Source: Arthrobacter sp. NPDC089319
Lineage (GTDB): Bacteria > Actinomycetota > Actinomycetes > Actinomycetales > Micrococcaceae
Reading direction: 5' to 3'
Length of the DNA stretch: 32,000 nt
NCBI RefSeq assembly: GCF_040684925.1
Contig: NZ_JBFBGZ010000005.1
Location: 5,775-37,774 of the forward strand
Shown: in pieces, positions 24,476 to 32,000 of the stretch
How positions within the stretch are numbered: the stretch's first letter is position 1
Layout of the letters: each line of letters starts with the position of its first letter
The notes under the pieces: generated by a model
What the model was told of the DNA's origin: nothing
Seen by the model: only the letters and a program-made list of their open reading frames with translations
Database searches by the model: none
Translations under genes and position numbers: made by a program

Positions 24476-25574
24476 GGCGGCCCATCCACGGTCGAAAAAA
24501 CGGCGAAAGGCGGCTCGCCGTTCCCCGCTCCGCCGGGACCGGCGTGAGCGCCCCGGCGGCCCGTCCATCTTCACCCCGATCGCCGTCTCCGCCGGCCTGC
24601 TGACGGTCGTCTGCCTGGTGGCGCTGGCGGTGGGCCGCTACAACGTCCCGCTCTGGCATGTGGCGCAGATTCTGGCCGCCCAATTTTTCCCCGCCGGCCC
24701 CGACGTCAGCGCCACGGAAGAAAGCGTGGTTGTCTTGGTGCGGCTGCCGCGGGTCCTGCTCGCGCTGTTGGTGGGGGCCGGGCTGTCCATCGGCGGCGCT
24801 GCCCTCCAGGCTATCTTCCGTAACCCGCTGGTCAGTCCCGAGATCATCGGGGTGTCGTCCGGCGCATCCTTTGGCGGCGCTCTGGCCCTGCTTCTCGGTT
24901 TGGGGTCACTGCTGCTTGTCAGCGGCGCGTTCGTCTTTGGTCTATTGGCCCTCGTCATGCTCTTCCTGATCACCTCCGGGCGCGGCGGGACGCCGCTGCT
25001 GATGATCGTGCTTGGCGGGGTAGTCATCGGCTCCTTCTTCTCCGCGCTCGTCGCCTTCATCACCTACATCGCGGATCCGAACACCACACTGCCCGCGATT
25101 GTCTTCTGGCTGCTCGGCAGCGTTGCATCCGCGACCTTCGCGAAGGTCCTGGTGGCGGCGATCCCTGTCCTGCTCGGCACCACCGTGCTGTTGGTGCTGC
25201 GCTGGCGGATCAACGTGCTCTCCCTGGGCGACGACGACGCTGCCGCGCTGGGGCTGCGACCCGCGACCCTGCGCTGGGTGGTGCTGGTGGCCGTCGCGCT
25301 GATGGTGGCAGGCGCCGTCGCCGTCAGTGGGGCGGTCAGTTGGGTGGGTCTGGTGATCCCGCATGTGGCCAGGATGTGGGTGGGGCCCGACCACCGGGTG
25401 CTGCTGCCGGTGTCGTTCCTGCTCGGCGGAACCTACCTCATCGTGATCGACACCATCGCCCGGACGCTGACGGCCGGGGAGATTCCGCTCGGAGTGCTCA
25501 CCGCCCTGATCGGCGCGCCGGTGTTCTTCCTCCTCCTGCGCCAAAACCGGGACAGGATCTGGGACAGTGCTTGA
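24465..25574 (+). CDS. FecCD/BtuC-family ABC transporter permease
   Basis: LLVGAGLSIGGAALQAIFRNPLVSPEIIGVSSGASFGGAL and ...IPLGVLTALIGAPVFFLLL are hallmark FecCD segments; about 9-10 TM. The basic N-terminal extension makes the exact start uncertain. Confidence 0.85.
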   Translation: MLDEAAHPRSKKRRKAARRSPLRRDRRERPGGPSIFTPIAVSAGLLTVVCLVALAVGRYNVPLWHVAQILAAQFFPAGPDVSATEESVVVLVRLPRVLLALLVGAGLSIGGAALQAIFRNPLVSPEIIGVSSGASFGGALALLLGLGSLLLVSGAFVFGLLALVMLFLITSGRGGTPLLMIVLGGVVIGSFFSALVAFITYIADPNTTLPAIVFWLLGSVASATFAKVLVAAIPVLLGTTVLLVLRWRINVLSLGDDDAAALGLRPATLRWVVLVAVALMVAGAVAVSGAVSWVGLVIPHVARMWVGPDHRVLLPVSFLLGGTYLIVIDTIARTLTAGEIPLGVLTALIGAPVFFLLLRQNRDRIWDSA

Positions 25575-26310
25575 GCTCGACGGCGTAGGGTTCGGCTACA
25601 GCCCGCGGGAATGGACATTCCGCGGCGTCAGCTTCCAAGTCAACGCCGGCACCGCGACGGCGGTGCTGGGGCCTAACGGCAGCGGAAAGACGACACTGGT
25701 GCGCTGCGCTGCCGGCTTGCTGTCTCCGGTGGAGGGCGCCGTCCGCCGGGACGGAGACGCCGGCTACGTGCCGCAGGCGCATGGGAGCGCTTTCGCCTAC
25801 CCCGCACTGGAAATGGTGCTGATGGGGCGGGCCCGGCAGGTCCGCTTTTTCCGCTCACCCGGACCGGCGGACCGAGCGGCGGCGCTGGAAGCGATGGACC
25901 GGATCGGCATCGCTGAACTGCAGGACCGGCTGTTTCCCACCCTGAGCGGCGGCGAGCAGCAACTGGTCCTGCTCGCCCGCGCCATCGCCACCGGCTGCCC
26001 CGTCCTGATCCTCGACGAGCCCGCCACCGGGCTGGACCTGAAGAATCAGGCCCGCATCCTGACGCTGCTGCGCGAACTGTGCTCCGACGGCATGACCGTA
26101 CTGCTGAGCACGCACCACCCCGACCACGCGCTGTATCTGGCGGATCGGGTCGTCCTGATGGGCGGATCCGGGCCGACAACCGGGACGGCGGAAGAGTTGC
26201 TCACCGACAGGGAACTCTCCGCGCTGTACGGCGTTCCGGTCAGCACGCTCCTGTACTCCGACGGAGACACGCAACAGCGCACCATCGTTGTCCACTACGG
26301 AGGGCTTTGA
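25567..26310 (+). CDS. ABC transporter ATP-binding protein
   Basis: GTG start overlaps the permease stop. Walker A GPNGSGKTTL, signature LSGGEQQ, Walker B VLILDEP, H-loop STHH. Confidence 0.9.
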   Translation: MLELDGVGFGYSPREWTFRGVSFQVNAGTATAVLGPNGSGKTTLVRCAAGLLSPVEGAVRRDGDAGYVPQAHGSAFAYPALEMVLMGRARQVRFFRSPGPADRAAALEAMDRIGIAELQDRLFPTLSGGEQQLVLLARAIATGCPVLILDEPATGLDLKNQARILTLLRELCSDGMTVLLSTHHPDHALYLADRVVLMGGSGPTTGTAEELLTDRELSALYGVPVSTLLYSDGDTQQRTIVVHYGGL

Positions 26311-26387
26311 CCCCTACCCGTACCGATCGGCCAAATGGGCCGAACTGCCGGGCAGCCACAGCCAAAGGGCAGTTCCGGGCAACCGGC

Positions 26388-27830
26388 TCACTGCACGGCC
26401 CGGTGGCGCGGGCTGTCCGGGTTCATCAGCGAGTGCTTGCGGCTGTAGAACATGTAGATAATCAGGCCGATGATCAGCCAGACCACAAAGCGCAGCCAGG
26501 TTTCCCAGTGCAGTTGGAACATCAGGAACAAGGAGGCGAAGACGCCGAAGGCAGGAACCACCGGCATCAGCGGCAGCCGGAAGGTCCGCGGCACGTCCGG
26601 CCGGGTGCGCCGCAGCACGATCACGGCGATGCTGACCACCACGAAGGCGGCCAGGATGCCGATGTTGGTCAGGTCCGCCACGGCCCGGATGGGGAACACT
26701 CCTGCCAGCAGCGCTGCCGCGATGCCGGCGATCCAGGTCACCCGCTGCGGCGTGCCGTGCCGGTCCGTCGCCGCGAACCAGGACGGCAGCAGCCCGTCGC
26801 GGCTCATCGAGAACCACACCCGGGTCACGCCCAGCAGGAAGGTGAGCATTACGGTCAGGATCGAGATCACGGCGAAGGCGGAAATGATCGTGGCCACGGC
26901 CGGCAGCCCGACCGACTCGAAGGCCGACGCAAACCCCGCGGTGGGACTGATATCCGAATAGTTCTGCATGCCGGTCAGCACCAGGGTGGCCAGCACATAG
27001 AGGGTCATCGCGATGCCCAGCGACAGCAGGATCGCCTTGGGCATGTACTTCTTGCCGTCGACGGATTCCTCCGCCGCCGTGCTCATCGCGTCATAGCCGA
27101 AGACGGCGAAGAAGACGGTGGCTGCCCCGGCCAGCACCGGGCCGAATCCGGAGGGCATGAACGGGGTGTAGTTGTCCGGGTTCACATAGAAGAAGCCCAG
27201 CCCGATGATGAAGAGGATCAGCGCGATCTTCAGCCCCACCGCTATCAGTTCGAACCGGCCGAAGGTGCGGGTCCCGCGGCTGAGGATCCAGGCAATCAAT
27301 AGGCAGACCACAATGGCCGGCAGGTTGATCACGCCGCCCTCGACCGTGTCGCCGGTGCCCTGCATCCAGGCCGGCACGGTGACGCCGATGCCCTCCATAA
27401 AGGCGCTGAAATAGCCAGAGATGCCGATGGCGACGACGGCGACGATGGCCGTATATTCCAGCAACAGATCCCAGCCGATAAACCATCCGATGAGCTCCCC
27501 GAGGGCAACATAGCCATAGGTGTAGGCGGAGCCGGCAAACGGGATCATGCCCGCAAATTCTGCATATGAGAGTGCGGCCGCCGCGCTGGCTAAGCCGGCG
27601 ATGAGGAAAGAAATGAGCACCGCCGGGCCGACCGGCGGCGCGTCGGGGCCGCCGTTGGCCACCAGCCCGGCCAGTGTGAAGATGCCGATGCCGATGATTC
27701 CGCCGACGCCGATCGCGGTCAGCTGCCACAGGCCCAGGCTTTTGGAAAGATGGCTTTCCCCGCTCTCCTCCACCATCTCTGTGATCGGCTTGCGCCTGAG
27801 GATTGATTGGGAACCGCTCCAGATGGACAT
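26388..27830 (-). CDS. APC-superfamily amino acid permease
   Basis: From ATG 27830: MSIWSGSQSILRRKPITEMVEESGESHLSKSLGLWQLTAIGVGGIIGIGIFTLAG...; about 12 TM helices, 480 aa. The upstream ORF-track extension to 28037 is Pro/Gly/Arg-rich and not homologous. Alternative ATG at 27857. Confidence 0.85.
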   Translation of the reverse strand: MSIWSGSQSILRRKPITEMVEESGESHLSKSLGLWQLTAIGVGGIIGIGIFTLAGLVANGGPDAPPVGPAVLISFLIAGLASAAAALSYAEFAGMIPFAGSAYTYGYVALGELIGWFIGWDLLLEYTAIVAVVAIGISGYFSAFMEGIGVTVPAWMQGTGDTVEGGVINLPAIVVCLLIAWILSRGTRTFGRFELIAVGLKIALILFIIGLGFFYVNPDNYTPFMPSGFGPVLAGAATVFFAVFGYDAMSTAAEESVDGKKYMPKAILLSLGIAMTLYVLATLVLTGMQNYSDISPTAGFASAFESVGLPAVATIISAFAVISILTVMLTFLLGVTRVWFSMSRDGLLPSWFAATDRHGTPQRVTWIAGIAAALLAGVFPIRAVADLTNIGILAAFVVVSIAVIVLRRTRPDVPRTFRLPLMPVVPAFGVFASLFLMFQLHWETWLRFVVWLIIGLIIYMFYSRKHSLMNPDSPRHRAVQ

Positions 27831-28040
27831 GCCGGACTCCGATGTTCGAGCCTGCATCTGCCGCCGGAACCCTGTGCAAGGGGCGGCTCCGCCGTGCGGA
27901 TGCCCTGTACGTGTTCGAGTATGGACCGCCCACTGCCCGCAGGGAATAGTTTGCCGGTCCTCAGGTGGAAATTTTCGGCGCCCCGCCGGAGGTCCCGAAC
28001 CGTGCTTGGATCCGGAACACGGCGGCGGTAGCGTCAAACT

Positions 28041-28409
28041 GTGGGCAAGCCGAAGACCGTAGACGAATACCTGGCCGCGTTCCCCGAAGACGCCCGTGAG
28101 GTTCTGCTCGAGCTGCGGGCGCTGAGCCGCACGCAGGTATCCGAAGCCTCAGAGGCCCTGAAATGGGGTTCTCCGGCGTACTCTCTCGACGGCACCATCA
28201 TGTTTGTTTTTGCCGGTTACCGGCAGCACGCGAACTTCGTTTTCACGCCGAGCACCCGAGCGGCGTTCGCGGACGAACTGACCGATTTTCGAACAGGGAA
28301 GGGGTCGGTTCAGCTTCCCTACAAGCAACCCGTTCCCGCGGAACTGCTCGGGCGAATGATTGCCTACCGCATCCGGGAATTCCGGGACGACGGTGTCCTA
28401 TGGATGTAG
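28041..28409 (+). CDS. DUF1801 (YdhG-like) domain protein
   Basis: GTG start. KTVDEYLAAFPEDAREVLLELRAL...LKWGSPAYSLDGTIMFVFAGYRQHANFVFTPS matches the DUF1801 pattern as I recall it; 122 aa. Confidence 0.65.
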   Translation: MGKPKTVDEYLAAFPEDAREVLLELRALSRTQVSEASEALKWGSPAYSLDGTIMFVFAGYRQHANFVFTPSTRAAFADELTDFRTGKGSVQLPYKQPVPAELLGRMIAYRIREFRDDGVLWM

Positions 28410-28546
28410 GCACGCAGTGCTTACGGCGGCGTCCCGAGGTTCCCCGGAACGTCTCATCCTGCACCCGCTGACGGGTCTACGACGCCGGTCGGCTTCCCGC
28501 CGTCGTACCCCTGTTGTCCGTGCATCGTTTGGGTTAGGGTGGGCGC

Positions 28547-31500
28547 ATGTCGCGGTTCAGCTACTTGGAGTGGCCCGTTGTACGGCAGCTCCGGTCGAGT
28601 GATTCACTCGGGCGGGGCGAGGCTGTCACGTCGCCACGAACCCGCGACATCGCTCCCCGGACGTCCACCGCTGACCGCGTGGTGCAAAGCGTGTGCCCCT
28701 ACTGTGCGGTGGGATGCGGCCAGCGTGTTTTCGTCAAGGACGAGAAGGTTGTCCAGATTGAAGGCGACCCGGATTCGCCGATCTCCCGGGGCCGGCTCTG
28801 CCCCAAGGGATCCGCCAGCGAGCAGTTGGTCAATGCACCGAGCAGGCAGACGCAGGTGCTGTATCGGGCGCCCCATGCCAAGGATTGGCAGCACCTTGAC
28901 CTGGACACCGCCGTCGAGATGGTGGCCGAGAGGTTCCTCGCCGCACGCCGGAACCACTGGCAGCAAAACGATGAGCACGGCCGGCCGCTCCGGCGGACCA
29001 TGGGCATCGCGGGCCTGGGCGGGGCAACCCTGGACAACGAAGAGAACTATCTGATCAAGAAGCTCTTCACCGCAGCGGGGGCCATTCAGCTCGAAAACCA
29101 AGCACGCATTTGACACTCCGCCACGGTTCCCAGTTTGGGAACCTCCTTTGGGCGCGGGGGAGCGACGCAATCGCTCCAGGACATGGCCAATGCCGACTGC
29201 ATTGTTATCCAGGGCTCTAACATGGCCGAGTGCCATCCCGTCGGCTACCAGTGGGTGACGGAGGCCAAGGCGCGCGGCGCGAAGATCATCCACGTGGATC
29301 CGCGGTTCACCCGGACCAGTGCGGTGGCCGACAAACACGTCCCGATCCGCGCCGGATCGGACATCGTCCTTCTGGGTGCCCTGATCAACCATGTGATCAG
29401 CAATGATCTGTGGTTCAAGGAATACGTTCTTGCCTATACGAACGCGGCAACGCTGGTGGGCGAAGACTTCCGTGACACCGAGGACTTGGAAGGGCTGTTC
29501 TCCGGATTCGATCCGGAGACGGGCCACTACAACCTGGCTTCCTGGGCTTACGAGCGGAAGCCAGAGGCAGAAGAAGCGGCAGAACTCGGACACGAACATG
29601 GCGCCGATACCGCCGCCCGGGCCGCCGGCGATCAATACGGCAGCGGCGGCCCGCCCCTGGGGCGCCCGGATTTCGAGCAGGATCTGACCCTTGAGCATCC
29701 GCGCACGGTGTTCCAGATCCTGAAACGCCATTACTCGCGCTACACCCCGGAAATGGTCCGGGACGCCTGCGGCTTCTCCCTCGAGGATTTCGACTACCTC
29801 GCGCGGGCCGTCACGGAGAACTCCGGCCGCGACCGGACCACCTGCTTTGCGTATGCCGTCGGCTGGACCCAGCACACGGTGGGCGCTCAGTTCATCCGGA
29901 CCGCGGCGATCCTGCAGCTGTTGTTGGGCAACGTGGGGCGGCCAGGCGGTGGAATCATGGCGCTGCGCGGCCATGCCAGCATCCAAGGTTCCACCGACAT
30001 CCCCACGCTGTTCAACCTGCTACCCGGATACCTCCCGATGCCGAAGGCCGGCATTGAGACGCTGCGCGAATACTGCGAAGGCATCGCGTCCCCGGAGCAG
30101 AAGGGCTTCTGGGCAGACGCGGACGCCTACACCATCAGCTTGCTCAAGGCCTGGTGGGGCGACGCGGCCAACGAAGACTCGGACTGGGGCTACGGCTACC
30201 TGCCCCGGATCAATGGCCCGCACGGGACGTACCAGACCGTGATGAGCATGCTCGATGACGAGGTGGAGGGCTACTTCATCTTTGGCCAGAATCCCGCCAT
30301 CGGGTCCGCCAACGGCAGGATGCAGCGCCTGGGCATGTCCCACCTGAAATGGCTGGTGGTGCGCGACCTCAACCTGATCGAGTCGGCCACCTGGTGGAAG
30401 GACGGTCCGGAGATCGCCTCGGGCGAGCTGCGCACCGAGGACATCGGCACCGAGGTCTTCTTCTTGCCGGCCGCGACCCATGTGGAAAAGGCCGGCTCCT
30501 TCACGCAGACCCAGCGGCTGCTGCAATGGCGGCACCAGGCGGTCCGGCCGCCGGGGGACTGCCAGAGCGAACTGCAGTTCTTCTACGAGCTGGGCAAGCG
30601 GCTCCGGGCCAAGCTGGCGGATTCGACCGATGAACGGGACCGGCCGCTGCTGGATCTGACCTGGGACTATCCCACCGATGAGAATGGCGAACCTGACGGC
30701 GAGGCGGTGCTCGCCGAGATCAACGGCCGGCATCTCACAGGTCCCAAAGCAGGCCAGCCCCTTTCGTCGTACACCGAGATGCGGCCCGACGGCTCGACGT
30801 CGGGCGGATGCTGGATCTACACCGGCGTCTACGCGGACGGCATCAACCACGCCGCGGACCGGAAGCCGGGTCAGGAACAAGGGCCGGTCGCCGCCGAATG
30901 GGGCTGGGCCTGGCCGGCCAACCGGCGCATCCTTTACAACCGTGCCTCGGCGGACCCCGAGGGCAAGCCCTGGAGCGAACGCAAGAAGTACATCTGGTGG
31001 GATCAGGAGCAGAACCGGTGGACCGGCGAGGACGTCCCCGATTTCCCCGTGGACCGCGCTCCGGGGAGCCGTCCGGATCTATCCCTGGGCGGCGCGGCCG
31101 CGCTGGCCGGGGATGACCCGTTCATCATGCAGGCCGACGGTAAGGGATGGCTGTTCGCGCCGAAGGGCATGGTGGACGGCCCGCTGCCGACGCACTATGA
31201 GCCGCAGGAGTCCCCGGTGGCGAACCCGCTCTACCGGCAGCAGCAGAACCCCGCGCGACTGATCTATCCGCGCGAAGACAACCTCAGTGCGCCCAGCGCG
31301 GGCACACCCGGGTGGGACATCTACCCGTACGTCTTCACCACGTACCGCTTGACCGAACACCACACAGCCGGCGGGATGAGCCGGTGGCTGCCGTACCTCT
31401 CCGAGCTTCAGCCGGAGATGTTCTGCGAGGTGTCGCCGGAATTGGCGGCCGAACGTGGATTGGAACCCTACGGATGGGCAACCATCATCTCCCCCCGGGC

Positions 31501-31852
31501 CGCCATTGAGGCCAAGGTGTTGGTCACCGAGCGGATGCGGCCGTTGGTGGTGGGCGGTCGCACGATGCACCAGATCGGGCTTCCTTACCACTGGGGAGTC
31601 GGCGGTGACGCCGTCGTCAGCGGCGACGCTGCCAACGACCTGCTGGGGGTGACCTTGGATCCGAATGTGCAGATCCAGGAGTCCAAGGCCGGATCATGCG
31701 ACATCCGTCCGGGCCGGCGGCCGCAGGGACCGGAACTGCTCTCCTTGGTTGCGGACTATCAAGCCCGCGCCGGGGTAACGACCGAGACCGGCAGCGACAA
31801 GGTCACCGACCCCAACCGCGCGTTGGGCGACGACTCGACGAGGGAAGGCTAA
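28547..31852 (+). CDS. fdnG: formate dehydrogenase alpha subunit (FDH-N/O-like molybdopterin enzyme) with in-frame TGA = selenocysteine at codon 189
   Basis: ORF-track pieces 28547-29113 and 29135-31852 are in the same frame and are joined by ...LENQARI-TGA-HSATVPSLGTSFGRGGAT... This reproduces the FdnG/FdoG active-site context (QAR[IV]-U-H..TV..L...FGRG). N-terminal [4Fe-4S] motif CPYCAVGCG...C. Molybdopterin-family sequence continues throughout. 1101 codons in total. Confidence 0.88.
29111..29113 (+). other. UGA selenocysteine recoding codon
   Basis: The TGA lies exactly at the position of the catalytic Sec/Cys of formate dehydrogenases, and the reading frame and homology continue across it. 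Confidence 0.8.
29114..29143 (+). promoter_or_regulatory. SECIS-like hairpin downstream of the UGA
   Basis: GGTTCCC(A) 29125-29132 pairs with (T)GGGAACC 29136-29143, giving a 7-8 bp perfect stem and a small G/U-containing loop (AGUUU or GUU). It starts 11 nt after the UGA, a position compatible with bacterial SECIS elements. Confidence 0.6.
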
Positions 31853-32000
31853 ATGAACAAGCTGACCGAAGCTCCCGGACACATTCCGCACACGGGACAC
31901 CCGCGCAAGGGCTTCTTCACCGACACCTCGATCTGCATCGGCTGCAAAGCGTGCGAAGTGGCCTGCAAGGAATGGAACCGCAACCCCCACGATTCGGAGT
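31853..32000 (+). CDS. fdnH: 5' part of formate dehydrogenase beta (4x[4Fe-4S]) subunit, continues past the window
   Basis: ATG 31853 lies directly after the alpha-subunit TAA. MNKLTEAPGHIPHTGHPRKGFFTDTSICIGCKACEVACKEWN carries the first ferredoxin CxxCxxCxxxC motif in the FdnH-like context. Confidence 0.85.
   Translation, partial: MNKLTEAPGHIPHTGHPRKGFFTDTSICIGCKACEVACKEWNRNPHDSE

Noticed and set aside
26079-27302. 407-aa ORF on the plus strand
   Set aside because: Antisense to the APC permease. It is extremely Arg/His/Gly/Asp-rich and overlaps the end of the ABC ATPase out of frame.
27831-28040. Possible glycine/amino-acid riboswitch in the about 210-nt leader of the APC permease (GGCGCCGAA-like stretch on the minus strand)
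   Set aside because: The similarity is limited to one 9-mer and no tandem aptamer architecture is visible. The region also has to hold the divergent promoter of the DUF1801 gene.
29111-29113. TGA interpreted as a nonsense mutation or gene split (pseudogene)
   Set aside because: The stop sits exactly at the catalytic Sec position of the family, the frame and similarity continue, and a hairpin follows at SECIS distance. Recoding is the more economical explanation, though sel genes must be confirmed elsewhere.
28604-29986. 460-aa ORF on the minus strand
   Set aside because: Antisense to the formate dehydrogenase alpha subunit, whose homology is clear on the plus strand.
1-32000. Search for tRNA/rRNA genes, CRISPR repeats, IS elements/transposases, integrases and phage genes
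   Set aside because: I recognised no T-loop-like GGTTCGAATCC motifs, no regularly spaced direct repeats, and no transposase- or integrase-like ORFs by eye. Absence is based on visual inspection only.

Overview
High-GC (roughly 65-70%) chromosomal segment. Gene content points to Actinomycetota, possibly Micrococcales-like, but the taxon is inference. I recognised no rRNA, tRNA, CRISPR array, transposase or integrase.

The window is dominated by respiratory and energy-conservation genes, in this order:
- The 3' end of a probable Na+/H+ antiporter carrying a UBP-type zinc finger.
- An orphan QcrA-like Rieske subunit, zwf, an internally deleted GMC oxidoreductase remnant, and cydAB.
- A stretch of small accessory genes: two distantly related alpha/beta proteins flanking arfB, a VOC protein, a cupin/TetR divergent pair sharing a 30-bp perfect palindrome, a lipoprotein and a DHFR-like protein.
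- A ~10.5 kb nickel plus group 1h/5 (high-affinity, 'Hhy'-type) [NiFe]-hydrogenase locus. It contains a HoxN-type Ni transporter, hypA, hypB, hhyS, hhyL and a NifU/Rieske-like Fe-S protein. These are followed by three translationally coupled proteins of unknown function, a 39-aa membrane micro-protein absent from the ORF track, a maturation protease and hypC.
- An acidic disordered protein and a convergent DUF6390-like gene.
- A FecBCD/BtuCDF-type ABC importer with a structured leader, an APC amino-acid permease and a DUF1801 protein.
- An FDH-N-like formate dehydrogenase. Its alpha subunit is split in the ORF track by an in-frame TGA that I read as selenocysteine, with a SECIS-like hairpin immediately downstream. 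The start of the beta subunit follows.

The best candidate for an uncharacterised system is the coupled block at 17289-21090 inside the hydrogenase operon. It comprises an all-Cys Rieske-like NifU fusion, three unknown proteins and a micro-protein.

The long ORFs antisense to real genes are treated as GC-driven artefacts.
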